A stretch of DNA of 64,000 bases from Phoronis australis (taxonomy: Eukaryota; Animalia; Phoronida): the NCBI GenBank assembly GCA_002633005.1, contig NMRA01000705.1, forward strand, positions 1 to 64,000, given 5' to 3'. A program made the translations under genes and the position numbers. The notes beneath the pieces were generated by a model, which had not been told where the DNA came from, made no database searches, and was given only the letters and a program-made list of their open reading frames with translations. Below, piece by piece: positions 10,910 to 22,703 of this stretch; the first letter of the stretch is position 1; each line of letters starts with the position of its first letter.

Positions 10910-12239
10910 TAAGTTATAATTCTACACAGTTTGTACATAATATCGTTTTTTATGATTGTGTACAATGAAAACGAAATAGAGATTATTTCTGGTCATGCCA
11001 AATTTACCCAGTACAGCACGGGGTCTACGAGCGCACAAAAACTGATTCTGGTTTGTATTTCCACTTGGCTCTTATCTGCTTCATATCCAAAATCTATTTC
11101 ACGTAGTGCGTAGTTAAATTTGTACTCAATACTTGTTTCTTCCAGTGAGTACTACAGAACGGTGCGAAAACCCATCCTAGACAACCTCTTGTAGCTGAGT
11201 TGACCACCAGATGTGTAAAATACACGTATGAGCAACCACTGGGTATTAAAAAGTGTCTAGAGAGAAGTTTTTTCAATTCAAATTTTTTTGCATAGTACAC
11301 TTAAGGTCTCGCGACGGACCAGGCCAGCTTGATTTGTGAAGACATTGAGTTTCAGTGTACTTCTGGCCCCTCGGCGAACTAGTCTTGTGATGTTTTTTAC
11401 CAAAGTGTGCTTTGTAAAACTATTATCTCAGCCAGTACTGTTTGGTCCCGCGACAGATCGACTATTTTTATAGGGATAATAAGCACATATGTACTTTTGG
11501 TCTCGTGACGGACCAGGTCAGCCTTTTTGTGTACTCTGCAGTTTACATCGATCTGATCCCTCTGCGAACTGGTCCTGTATATCTTTTCGCCACGTTGTAC
11601 AGAATGTTTTGGTTTCGTGAAACTGTTTTCAGCTGATTTGGTTTCCTGATACATTTGACATTTTTCAATTGTTGTCAACGTGATTCAGCTTAATAAAGTG
11701 ATACTTACTTGTTTATTGTCGCTTTTAATAATAGACTATGAGCTGAGAGCACCATCGTTAGCCATTTTTTTCGTAACGAGACAGAGCACATGTTTATTTC
11801 CGGACTAACAGCGCAGGTTTTCGTTCTTAAACAACTTGAGGCTGCTGTTATGCGATCATCTGATATTCAAGTTTTTACGCCCCGTCGGTGCTCCTTATGC
11901 ACTTGAATATTTGGTAGTTGTCTAAACCCCTGTATACACACCACACTTTTTCGTATACGACTTCTCGTATGCTAAAAAAGGTGTGTTTAAGCAGATGTTC
12001 CAACAAAAATTTTTGCTGATGGCGTGACTCATACCCAGATGTGCACAAACATGGTTTCGCGAAACTTAAGAGCCAAGTTCATGTGACGAAATTGAGAAGG
12101 GTTTTAAATTATCTTAAGAAAAACTCCAGAGACATGTTAAGTGCCAGAAACTTATCAGGACGCGTGGAAATTTCACTATTTGGCTACAAAAACAAAAAAT
12201 TGTCTTACACGGGAAAGGGAAAAAAACCTCCCGATCTCC

Positions 12240-12571
12240 CCCCGCTCGGCACCACGCGTCTCGTATTTGACCTTTGCGAGCCGATGTTTCTGAATAATAA
12301 ATATTGTCCTTTATTGAACCAGGCATTCATCGTAACATCTCCTGTGACTGGAGTCGAAACACGAGTCCTCAAAGTGGGCAAAACACAGCGCCGGACCGAA
12401 TCGCTTGGTCCACGATAAGGTCCCACACTCTCGCTCGGCACACGAAGCGATGCCACTTCTGCGCAACTTTGGTGTCCTTCGGAACACCGAGACGTTCTCC
12501 GCCTGGCTGCTGTTGCTGCAGCCTCCGGCAACACATCTTTTGATCCCTCTACGAACCTTCTCGACGCTCAA
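12240..12571 (-). pseudogene. Frameshifted THAP zinc-finger domain (transposon-derived)
   Basis: KRCVAGGCSN...VSVF / (P)KDTKVAQKWHRFV / ALCFAHFEDSCFD... / VPS. The C2CH signature, conserved W and AVPT-like box are spread over different frames. Confidence 0.7.
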
Positions 12572-13711
12572 TGTACTTTACTTTCACTTCACTCCATACA
12601 CTTTGTCTCTGATCCGAACAGTATGGCGAACGACTTGGGTTCAACCCATGCCATGACGTTGTACATAATTATTTTTTTGCGTGTTTCTTTATGAGCTGTG
12701 CACTATAGGCACTGAAATCAAGTAAGATATAATAATAAAATTTATTTTGAGGTACTAGAGTCATGTTGGGTACACTTTAAAGTGGCACGCCATACAATAT
12801 GGAAAATTCGTGACCTTAACATCGAAATGTAATATTTAAGGCCAATAAGGCTGGTATAGTTGGTCTGGAAGACCGAGTCAGGGTTGCTCAAATAAAGAAA
12901 ATGCATCTGAGGCGAGCAAAAATGACGTGGGTTTTTGGTTTTCACTGATCACTTGGGAAATAATGGCGTTTCATTGAGACCTTACTTGACCTTGTCTACG
13001 CGCCTTTGCGGAGGTTTTCAAATAATATAAGACCTTCACTGAAATTGATACGAGCGGGCGAATTTTTTAGTATACCAGTGTAGGTCTCAAAATGAGTCCG
13101 TTAAAGACCAGAACCACCTTTGATTTTTTGGCCTGTGTGCATGCATGTACATTGAAATTACGTATCTGATTGAAGAAATCACAAAGTCCTCGGATTCCTA
13201 GTGTCGTCGTCTGGTCAAACAGAAGATTGAATCATGGGCTGTTAGCGTTCCTCATTACGCAAGATAGTATTATGGAATGAATGGCATTGACGAATGGAGT
13301 TCAACAGGAATATCTCGTGTGTCGGTGACAGGTATCAAGCGCGGAAGGAGAGTTCGTGGGCTTAGTTCGTCAGTGAGTTCGCTAGTTTTACCTGTCTTTT
13401 CCTTTTATTTAGTTATGGTAAAATTTAAAATGAAGGTGACCTCTTCAAGTTGCTGGACCAGAGTGAGACGAGTAATATGCTTAAAATTCAAATTAAACCG
13501 ATTGATGCATGCCGGCGTCCCCAGAAATATTTGAAACGTTGGCAAACAAATGCGAATGACCTCAGCGTCAGTGTTTGAGGGAAATGAAGACTGCGAAAAC
13601 TCATGAAATCGTGTCCACTAACAAATTAACGAAAACCATCAAGCAATCATAATTCTTAGGAAACAAGGATTTAGCAACTTTCAGTGAAAACATATTACTT
13701 CCTGAGCTGAC

Positions 13712-14056
13712 CTTTTTCATAACATCCTGCACCGTTTGGTCGTCTGCTGAATCAACACAGCAGTCCCTTCCTTGTCTAACTATGGTGAAGTTGACGCTCA
13801 GAAATTTGTTCATAAGCAGGAACGGCACGACTACCTCACAACTGAAACAAATCAAGCGGCGATTGCTTGGCGTTTCTCCATGATCTGTAGCCACACTTGG
13901 TGTCTCCAGTTTTACGTCGAAAAACACGAAGGCGACTAAAGTCAGTAGTAAGAAGAAAGACATACAGGAACGAATAGTTGACAGCAAACCACATATCTTG
14001 TTTCTCCGCCTCTTCTTTGAGTTTTTCTGATTTTCTCTCTCACACGTTTCTTGCAT
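13712..14056 (-). CDS. Candidate first coding exon of a type-II membrane protein
   Basis: cgccATG start preceded by an ETS-like cggaag. MQETCERENQKNSKKRRRNK basic tail, then hydrophobic SFFLLLTLVAFVFF. Phase-0 donor candidates at AAG|gtcagc (13712) or GAG|gtagtc (13835). Confidence 0.5.
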
Positions 14057-17000
14057 GGCGACGTTGTGAACTTCCGTGAGTATGCTGTAGATTATTTAGA
14101 CCGTCTGACAGTTCAAGCACGTTATCGATCTTGGCTATAAAAAGCAACCCGTTTTCTAAGAAAATCTGGGGACTCCCAGCCTCGTTCCATCGACCAGCCA
14201 ATCAGAAACGCCAGTGTAAAAAAATTTCCCGAGCGAAATTAAATGACTCGCTGGTTCCCTGCGTGCCGCTAGGTGGGACGGTAGCCGCGCCCTGGGCTAA
14301 GCACGCAGGGAACCAGCGAGAATTAAATGATACCTGCGTGTTCTCCAGAATTAAGCAGGGAACCAGCAAACGCGAGGCGTCGACTACCATGGCCGATTTT
14401 AGTTTGTCAAATTCAAACTGTGAAAGGTCTTTGTTTAAAATATTGAGAAAAAATATGAGGGTGACTCAGTAATCAGAGGTGAGCAGATGAAAGAGATGGT
14501 TGGTGGGTTGGCAGGTACAGAAACTGGAGGATTTTGTCCAGGGTTGTCAGGGAAGTAACAAACATAAGAAAGATTTGCTGAAGAAGAGGTAGGAGCAAAA
14601 ACGAGGGGTGGGGGCGCCTCTCAACCAAAAGAAGGTTTATGGCGGGNAAAAACGAGGGGGTGGGGGCGCCTCTCAACCAAAAGAAGGTTTGTGGCGGGAG
14701 ATATAGTTCTGCTCCCCAATATTCTAGGTGTGTTAATATCAATTAAGCGAATTGAAAATGATACGTGACAGTGCTTGGAAAACGTCACCGAAAATATAAA
14801 AAGTTGCTCCTTTAATTGAAAACGGTGGAAGGACACTAAGTGCCTACGGAATTGTTGCTAAATTACAATTACGATTTTAAAGATGCACTTATTCTGCTCT
14901 CGGAGACATGATAGGTCAAGATTGACATGTACAGCAACACGACAACCAGAAAAAGCAAGCGCAACTCCCGCATTAATCTGGGGCGGGTCTGGTGGGTATA
15001 GGGTGCTCGGAAACCGGGCAATACATGACAGGAAACACACACAGAACCGGCAAACAATGATTCTCTTCTTACAACATTGTCTCGTGAAAATGTACCTAAT
15101 TCATTCTAAGGGAAGTTTACTTTTTACTTAACTTGGAGCCACAGTATTTCTCTTCTATGAAAATATGACTTGGCTGTAACCCCTCACATATCACGTCACT
15201 CTCTTTCATGTCAGCCATGACCTGCTTACAATATCAACAGCTTATTATGACCAGCAATAGAGGCTGCAAGGTGATCGACCAAAATAGGCAGTGGACCGTA
15301 GCTCATAGCATCATTGTTGCGAGTACTTTGAGGGGCTGCCTAGTTTTTGTATGTGACTACATAATACACTTATACTTCAAATTCCAAAAAATTCTAACGT
15401 CTACACTTGCAGTTATCAGCATGTGCCTGAGGCCAGTGGTTCGATCGCCCAAGTATTCGAACAGACAACACCAGCCATCTACATAGACATTAAGACTGAT
15501 TAAGGCGAAACATTTCGGGAAATGTGCCAGACCGATCGCATATTTGATTACTTAACCCCAAAACAATTCCTATCGTTATCTCTAAAGATAGGGGAGGGAA
15601 TTTTTCAATAAATGCCTGTCAGCACAATAGATAAAAGTCACGAGAACGTCACGGAAATAGGCCAATGACATTGGTACATGTCTCATCACTGCTATACGTG
15701 TTCAGTCTGGAGACAATCGTGTGGGATTGAAATATCTCGATCAGTGTGCGTGAAATACTAAGGTTTCCATAATTACTGAACATGAGTGTGTTCGATTAGG
15801 CAAATAACTTGCGAGCTTGTTGGACCAGGCAAATGCGCTTTGAAAATCCGATAACCGCGCCAGTATAACCTGCCAAATTGTACAGTTTTTCGTCGAGGTA
15901 ACAGTTACCACACTGTTTTGTTGAACAACATCATGCCTGAACTTTAGAATGTGTCGGTCACTTTATCTGTACAAAAATACTGAGAATTAGGTTTTTATTT
16001 TCATGGAATAATTATATTCCTCACTACAAGAATCTATTTCCGTGCAATTACAACAAAACTACCAGCGCTTCCGAGTTCATTGGGTTTGGCCAACTCTAAA
16101 CTAAGGTTTCTATCAATTCTCTGCTAACACGTTGTCAGCTAAAACAAAACTGTAACCCTTTGAGACTTGGTCGGCAGAAATTGATCATTGAACTTCGATG
16201 TAGTTGTTCTAATAAATTACCCAATATCGTATTGTTTGGTATTTTTTCACCTTTAACAGGCTTCTGTAATCATAAATAAATAAATAAATACCCAAGTTGC
16301 ATTTGCATTTTATTGCTCAATCTCTTTTTTTATTTTTAATTATGTCGTGCTGTGTTGTATGTAATGTAGTGAAATGAAGTCAATGTTTTACTTTATTGGT
16401 GGCCACTCTCTATCAATTCAAGTATTTTAATTTTCTTCACACAAATCCAAAATGCCTGAACCAAAAATTTCGACATAAANTCATGTCAGCCATGACCTGC
16501 TCACAACATCAACAGCTTATTATGACCTGCAATAGAGGCTGCAAGGTGATCGACCAAATAGGTAGTGGACCGTAGCTCATAGCATCATTGTTGCGAGTAC
16601 TTTGAGGGGCTGCCTAGTTTTTGTATGTGACTACATAATACACTTATACTTCAAATTCCAAAAAGTTCTAACGTCTACACTTGCAGTTATTAGCATGTGT
16701 CTGAGGCCAGTGGTTCGATCGCCCAAGTATTCGAACAGACAACACCAGCCATCTAGATAGACATTAAAGACTGATTAAGGCGAAACATTTCTGGAAATGT
16801 GCCAGACCGATCGCATATTTGATTACTTAACCCCAAAACAATTCCTATCGTTATCTCTAAAGATAGGGGAGGGAATTTTTCAATAAATGCCTGCCAGCAC
16901 AATAGATAAAAGTCGCGAGAACGACGGAAATAGGCCAATGACATTGGTACACGTCTCATCACTGCTATACGTGTTCAGTCTGGAGACAATCGTGTGGGAT

Positions 17001-18354
17001 TGAAATATCTCGATCAGTGTGCGAGAAATCCTAAGGTTTCCATAATTACTGAACATGAGTGTGTTCGATTAGGCAAATATCTTGCGAGCTTGTTGGACCG
17101 GGCAAATGCGCTTTGAAAATCCGATAACCGCACCAGTATAACCTGCCAAATTATACAGTTTTGCGTCGAGGTAACAGTTACCACACTGTTTTGTTGAACA
17201 ACATCATGCCTGAACTTTAGAATGTGTCGGTCACTTTATCTAGACAAAAATACCGAGAATTAGGTTTTTATTTTCATGGAATAATTACATTCCTCACTAC
17301 AGGAATCTATTTCCGTGCAATTGCAACAAAACTACCAGCGCTTCCGAGTTCATTGGATTTGGCCAACTCTAAACTAAAGTTTATCTTCATTCTCTGTTAA
17401 CACCTTGTCAGCCAAAACAGAACTGTAACCCTTTGAGACTTGGTCGGCGGAAATTCATCATTGAACTTCGATGTAGTTGTTCTAATAAATTACCCAATAT
17501 CGTATTGTTTGGTATTTTTTCACCTTTAACAGGCCTCTGTAATCATAAATAAATAAATAAATAAATACCCAAGTTGCATTTGCATTTTATTGCTCAACCT
17601 CTTCTTTTATTTTTAATTATGTCGTGCTGTGTTGTATGTAATGTAGTGAAATGAAGTCAATGTTTTACTTTATTGGTGACCACTCTCTATCAATTCAAGT
17701 ATTTTAATTTTCTTCACACAAATCCAAAATGCCTGAACCAAAAATTTCGACATAANATGTTGAGCTCAGTACTGTGTTTTGCAATAAAAAACAAGTGGAC
17801 AATATTTTGATGACCAATGCGTGGGCCGAAACTGTTAAGAACCCAGCATGTTGCATTTGTCTGCTGGGTTTTTCCTTTGGCCTTACAAGTGTCGGTTAGT
17901 GCCTGGGACAAATAGATACATTGCATAAATAATCCCTGGGTTGTTTCTTGTTCTATCTGTAGAAAATTTAATTTCGAAAATATCATCTGAAAATGAACAA
18001 AAAGTGCATTAGTAAAATCTACAAGTTTTTAAGTGGTCTCCAAAAACAGTCGGTAAATGCACCGATTTTCGTCTCAGTTCTTCCATGCGTGTTTCTCGCG
18101 AGAGTTTAGTACCTAACGTGCAGACGAGCACTCCAGATTGGAACGCTAAGTCCCGCGTGGCTGCGCTGCACGCGAAAGAAGATGGCGGACGACCATTGGA
18201 GCCTGACGACGATAGGTATGCGGACTATACGCTTTACTAATATAATACAACATTTCATGCTCGACATATGTCTGGACCAATATGTGATAACGTTAGTTAT
18301 TGGCCAGACGGAACAAAATGTTAAGTAACAAAAACTAGACGCTGTGCTTCAAAA

Positions 18355-18389
18355 TACGGCGTTTCGATATTCCTCAATATCATCATCAG
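18355..18389 (-). ncRNA. Minimal type-I hammerhead ribozyme-like core
   Basis: Minus strand CTGATGA-t-GATATT-gagg-AATATC-GAAAC-gcc-GTA. Both conserved boxes, a perfect 6-bp stem II and a GUA triplet are present. Stem I is weak, with a mismatch next to the core. Confidence 0.45.
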
Positions 18390-18855
18390 GTTTAATACAG
18401 TCAGTATACATATGAAATAAAATATGCACAAAGGCATGACAAATCCATAATCCATTATTTCACATCACAGTGCATGACAAACTCTGTTTTCGGAGATAAA
18501 AAGGGAACGGAAAGAACATATTAATACTATTGGGCGATTTCAGTTATCAAGAACCAGTTGTGGAACTTAGATATGATAACAAATGTATTGCAATTTAAGT
18601 TAACCACAAATTTCCAGCTGTTCTTGTGAAACTTCCGTTCAAAATACTAGTATGTTTTCTGTTAACTTCTGCCTGGAGTCCACGGATCAGGGGTCTCTTT
18701 CAGCTAAGTAGTCCTCGTAGATCTGGAAGAGCAACTTGAAAATTGGGACTGAGACATGCACGTTGGGATGATTTCAGGTACAATGGGAGATACAGGTAAG
18801 AAAGTGAATATAAGACATTGAATGTTCGACCCTTCGATAAAATAGTGCCTTTAGA

Positions 18856-21597
18856 CTAAGGGCAAATACCAAAGATGGACTCGTACTCCCTAGGCAACAA
18901 CAAAAGCAAACAACACAAACAAACTGTCCAGAAAATCGCGATGTTGGCAGCGTGTACTTCATTCGAAGAGTTTGAAGATGTAAGAGATAAGATGAGTGGA
19001 AAGGAGATGTTGTTAAAGTGCGACTGAAATCCTTTCAAGTTACTTGCCCAACATGTGTACACCCCACTTGTAAACTGATCAGCAATGAAAGTGAGTGAAG
19101 CAATCGTTTGGAGACGGGAAGCATTGGCTGGAGGCAAAAACAGTGTTGATTGGTCGAGAGGGTCGTCTAGTGCAATTTTTGGTGAGGGGTCGCCTCGTGA
19201 AACACATTGAATAGTTACACTTGTTCTGTTAGCGACCACAACTATTTCGGGCTTGGATGGATGCCGACATGTCATGTTCACGCTCAGAAATGATTGCAGA
19301 GTTGGTTTGGAATATACAGGAGAAGAACAGTTTGGAATGTCATAGTTGTAAACGCCACCATCAGGATGGTATTTCGCTCTCAGCTTCACCCATTGTTGCA
19401 AACTGGCGAGACGGCAATTACAATGAAGGGGGTTGTAAGCAACGTGGAAATGTACAAATCTGTTGATCACTAGTTTGTTTATAATGGGCTGAGGCAGAGT
19501 AGTTAGTCTGTTGTGACTGATTTCCAGATTTGTTAAGCTCACCATTTTAGTAATAGCCAACGGTTCGATAACTTCAATGTGATTATGGTTAAGAATTAAT
19601 GTTACTAGAACACTGAGAGAGCCAAAAACGTCATCTTTGATCTCGCGAATACTATTGCTGGATAAATCGAGATACCTCAGGAATAAAAGTTTGTCAAATG
19701 TTCCTTTATGTAACTCTTTGATTTTTGAGTGGGATATTTCCAAGTTTTCTAGAGGTGTTAGCCCGGAGAACATATTCAAGGAGCCCCATTCTATGTAGTT
19801 GTGATTGATAGTTAAGTCTATGATGTTGTGCAGATTGTCGAAGCTAAATTCCTCTATTTTCGATATCTTGTTAAAGTTCATGTAAATGAACTGAAGGGAA
19901 GCCGTGTTAAAAATGCCGGGAATTATCTCCTTCACTAAATTGTTATCAAGATTGATAGTGGTGAGCAATTTTAACTGTTCGAAGGTCTCTAACTCAATAC
20001 TTGCAATTCTGTTATTTTTCATCAAGAGCGTACGTAATGACCAAAGTCCAGATAACATTTTCTGTGACAGTCGCGTCAGATTATTTAGTGAGAGATCTAA
20101 GAAATCAAGTTTTCCTCCAAGCTTGAATGGCTGATCGTCCAGATGTGCAATGCCGCTGTTCGTTAATTCAAGTATCTGAAGATTGGAAAGATTTGCGGCA
20201 AATCTCGCCGAAATGTTCGTCCCTTCACAATTAATCTTCAGCAAGAGAGTGTTGACGTTTTCTAACAAGATGGTCTGATGAATCGAGTTAACTCGCCTCA
20301 GATCGACGTTAAGGTGCCAAGCATAAGGTGACCACGCCTCTGAAACTTTAGTGATTGGATTTGAGTCGATGACAAGAAACCTCAACCTCTGTGGTCCATG
20401 AAATGTATTGGGCGTTATTTGCATGATGTTGTTATCTCGTAAATGAAGTTGCTTCAAATGTTTCGAATTGCTGAAGGCAAAGTCCTCCACGATACTTATT
20501 GTGTTTCCGGTCAAATGAAGCACTCGAAGTTCAAACAGACCACGAAAGGTTCCGCGTGTAATAATAGTCAAAGCATTTTTCTCTAAAGAAACTGTGCGGA
20601 GGTGCGGTGCTGAACGAAATGTGTCGTCCTCGATTATTTCTATTTTGTTGTTTGCAATGAGCAGCACTGTCAACGTTTCAATGCAATCAAACACGTCCTT
20701 TGATAGATTTCTCACAAAATTGTAAGAAATCAAAAGTCTCTTTAAAGCTGGCATTCTGCAAAAGATGCCCTTTGCGATATTGGTAAGGTTGTTCGAATTT
20801 AAGTTCACAAAATCCAGCGACTTGTAAAGTTCAATCTGCGATCCTGACAACTTTTGTAGGATGTTCACACTTATATCCAAGTTTTGAATGGATGCTGGGA
20901 TTGTCCACCCATGGGTGTGGCTGAGTACGTTGCCACGGATATTTAGATATCTCAGGTGACCAAGATCCTCAAAAACGCCTTTATCAATTTCAGATATTCG
21001 ATTTCTCGCGATTTGCAGATGTTCCAATCGTGGGAGTTGTCGAAAAGTTCCATTGATCAACCGCGATATGATGTTTCTCGAAAGATCCAAGAACGTCAAG
21101 TTGAACAATGTACTCGAGAAAGACTCTTCGTCGAGAGCGATTATTTTGTTTTCATTCAAATGTAAGGCGGTCAACTTTGGGGTTGAAGCGAAAGCACCGC
21201 TTGGTAAAACAGGTATCTCGTTTCCCGTGAGAAGCAAGTGCTCTAGCTTGTACAAGCCGGCAAATGTTGATTTCGTTATTCTGAAGATTTTGTTACCATT
21301 AAGATTAAGTGCTCTCAACTCACCCATGGCAATGAAAGTGTGGTTAGCGATATGAGTCAGTTTGTTGTGGTCCAGCTGCAAGATGTTGATATTGGATGAT
21401 GAAGCAAACGTGTCTTCTGAGATGTGCGTGATACCGCATTTTGTCAAACGAAGCGTGTTTTCTGATATCTTTGCTGCTGTTGGCAGGTTAACTCGTGATA
21501 AAACGCCGTCTCTCCCGTCGACATTGAATGGACACTTCACGCGAAAGGCGTATGACAAGCATACTTTGATAATGAAGCTTGCTAATACGCGTCTCAT
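18856..21597 (-). CDS. Intronless LRR-Ig transmembrane protein (signal peptide, >20 LRRs, LRRCT, Ig domain, TM, ~12-aa tail), ~913 aa
   Basis: Single open frame. The first ATG (accATG, MRRVLASFII...) is at 21597. Repeated LxxLxLxxNxI motifs; LRRCT NPLHCNCRL..LQQW...CSSP; Ig SVTIQCVSRGDPSPKI...SGVYTCWASN; TM IAIFWTVCLCCLLLLL. Confidence 0.92.
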   Translation of the reverse strand: MRRVLASFIIKVCLSYAFRVKCPFNVDGRDGVLSRVNLPTAAKISENTLRLTKCGITHISEDTFASSSNINILQLDHNKLTHIANHTFIAMGELRALNLNGNKIFRITKSTFAGLYKLEHLLLTGNEIPVLPSGAFASTPKLTALHLNENKIIALDEESFSSTLFNLTFLDLSRNIISRLINGTFRQLPRLEHLQIARNRISEIDKGVFEDLGHLRYLNIRGNVLSHTHGWTIPASIQNLDISVNILQKLSGSQIELYKSLDFVNLNSNNLTNIAKGIFCRMPALKRLLISYNFVRNLSKDVFDCIETLTVLLIANNKIEIIEDDTFRSAPHLRTVSLEKNALTIITRGTFRGLFELRVLHLTGNTISIVEDFAFSNSKHLKQLHLRDNNIMQITPNTFHGPQRLRFLVIDSNPITKVSEAWSPYAWHLNVDLRRVNSIHQTILLENVNTLLLKINCEGTNISARFAANLSNLQILELTNSGIAHLDDQPFKLGGKLDFLDLSLNNLTRLSQKMLSGLWSLRTLLMKNNRIASIELETFEQLKLLTTINLDNNLVKEIIPGIFNTASLQFIYMNFNKISKIEEFSFDNLHNIIDLTINHNYIEWGSLNMFSGLTPLENLEISHSKIKELHKGTFDKLLFLRYLDLSSNSIREIKDDVFGSLSVLVTLILNHNHIEVIEPLAITKMVSLTNLEISHNRLTTLPQPIINKLVINRFVHFHVAYNPLHCNCRLASLQQWVKLRAKYHPDGGVYNYDIPNCSSPVYSKPTLQSFLSVNMTCRHPSKPEIVVVANRTSVTIQCVSRGDPSPKIALDDPLDQSTLFLPPANASRLQTIASLTFIADQFTSGVYTCWASNLKGFQSHFNNISFPLILSLTSSNSSNEVHAANIAIFWTVCLCCLLLLLPREYESIFGICP

Positions 21598-22394
21598 GGT
21601 TTGTCGAGCAACGTGTCGTTTCACGGTTTTATATTATCACGCACGTTTTGCTGCAGTTATCGGTGCGAAAAAAACAGTGCACCAGGTGAGAATGCAAAGC
21701 CGATTTTCACACGCGGCTATCCGGATTTCCTACCAATTTTCATGTTTGACGACATGTGTGAATTGACAGCCTCCGTAATCCGAGTCAGTACTTGGGCAAA
21801 CCGGTAAAGAGTATGCAGGCAGCTATTGGTCGAGTGGACGAAGAATTTGCCAACCAAATTATGAGATGTTGCTACGACACCTCCAAGGCAACTTAGGCAA
21901 CAGCACGGCAGTTACATGATAGTTCACTCAGCCTGCTCTCGCCAGCCACTGCTTGACACGAGACGCACAAGCGATCTCTGTGCTCTGTACAGCAAGTCAC
22001 AATTGTGTAACAGGAATTTTTCACGCAGAAAGGTCGGCTTTTATGGCCTATGATAAGGGAAAATTGTTCCATAATTTAACAAATAGACGGTTTTGATAAC
22101 ACACCGGCACCATTTTTTAATCCCGATTTCACGAGATTTCAATTTCTGTGCCAGTACAAATGAATTTTATATTTATTCTACAACCTTTTCATACAAACAT
22201 CGAGGACATTGAAAATAGTATTTCTGCCTCCAAAAATTAATCCAAGGATATATGCATTAGTTGAGGTCGGGGCGGAGATTTATTTTTGAGTGATAGCAAT
22301 TATAACGAGTCGCTACTGAACTTATAGTTGAGATAACGTTTGCCAACTACTGTTGGCATTTTCAAGTCTGTACGACCTCTTTCTATCCCTTAGG

Positions 22395-22703
22395 TGCGAC
22401 ATCTGTTCTTTATATTGAAAGACTTTCTGAACAATTACGATCTTTGTTCAGCCAGGGCAGTTGATATTACTACTTCTTTAAAACCTGTTGGCACTTACAG
22501 ACAAAAAGTTGTGCACCCTACGGACAAACAACCTGAAAAAGAGATAGCCAGAGTGGTCTATGGAATACAGTTTGGAGAGTGCCCTGATACTTGAGTAGGT
22601 GAAACTAAGCAGTCCTTGAAAGTACGGTTGTTCCAACATCGTCAGCCTCGGTGACACTTACGACTCTGCCGTATTTGGTCACTGTCTGGTCACAGCGTTG
22701 ATA
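22395..22703 (+). mobile_element. Penelope-like retroelement remnant, GIY-YIG endonuclease 5' part
   Basis: LKPVGTYRQKVVHPTDKQPEKEIARVVYGIQFGECPDT*VGETKQSLKVRLFQHRQP matches the PLE motif KP.NTL...LVHPKD...VVY.I.C..C...YIGET...R..QH, with an internal stop. Confidence 0.8.

Noticed and set aside
15207-17755. 1.27-kb direct duplication (15207-16479 and 16481-17755) resembling paired LTRs
   Set aside because: The copies abut, each ends at a single 'n', and they differ by scattered SNPs and microsatellite length. This is typical of two haplotypes or contig overlaps placed in tandem. No TG..CA ends or internal region.
19257-21807. Plus-strand ORFs overlapping the LRR gene, and other 60-110 aa ORFs across the window
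   Set aside because: Antisense shadows or chance ORFs with no recognisable domain.
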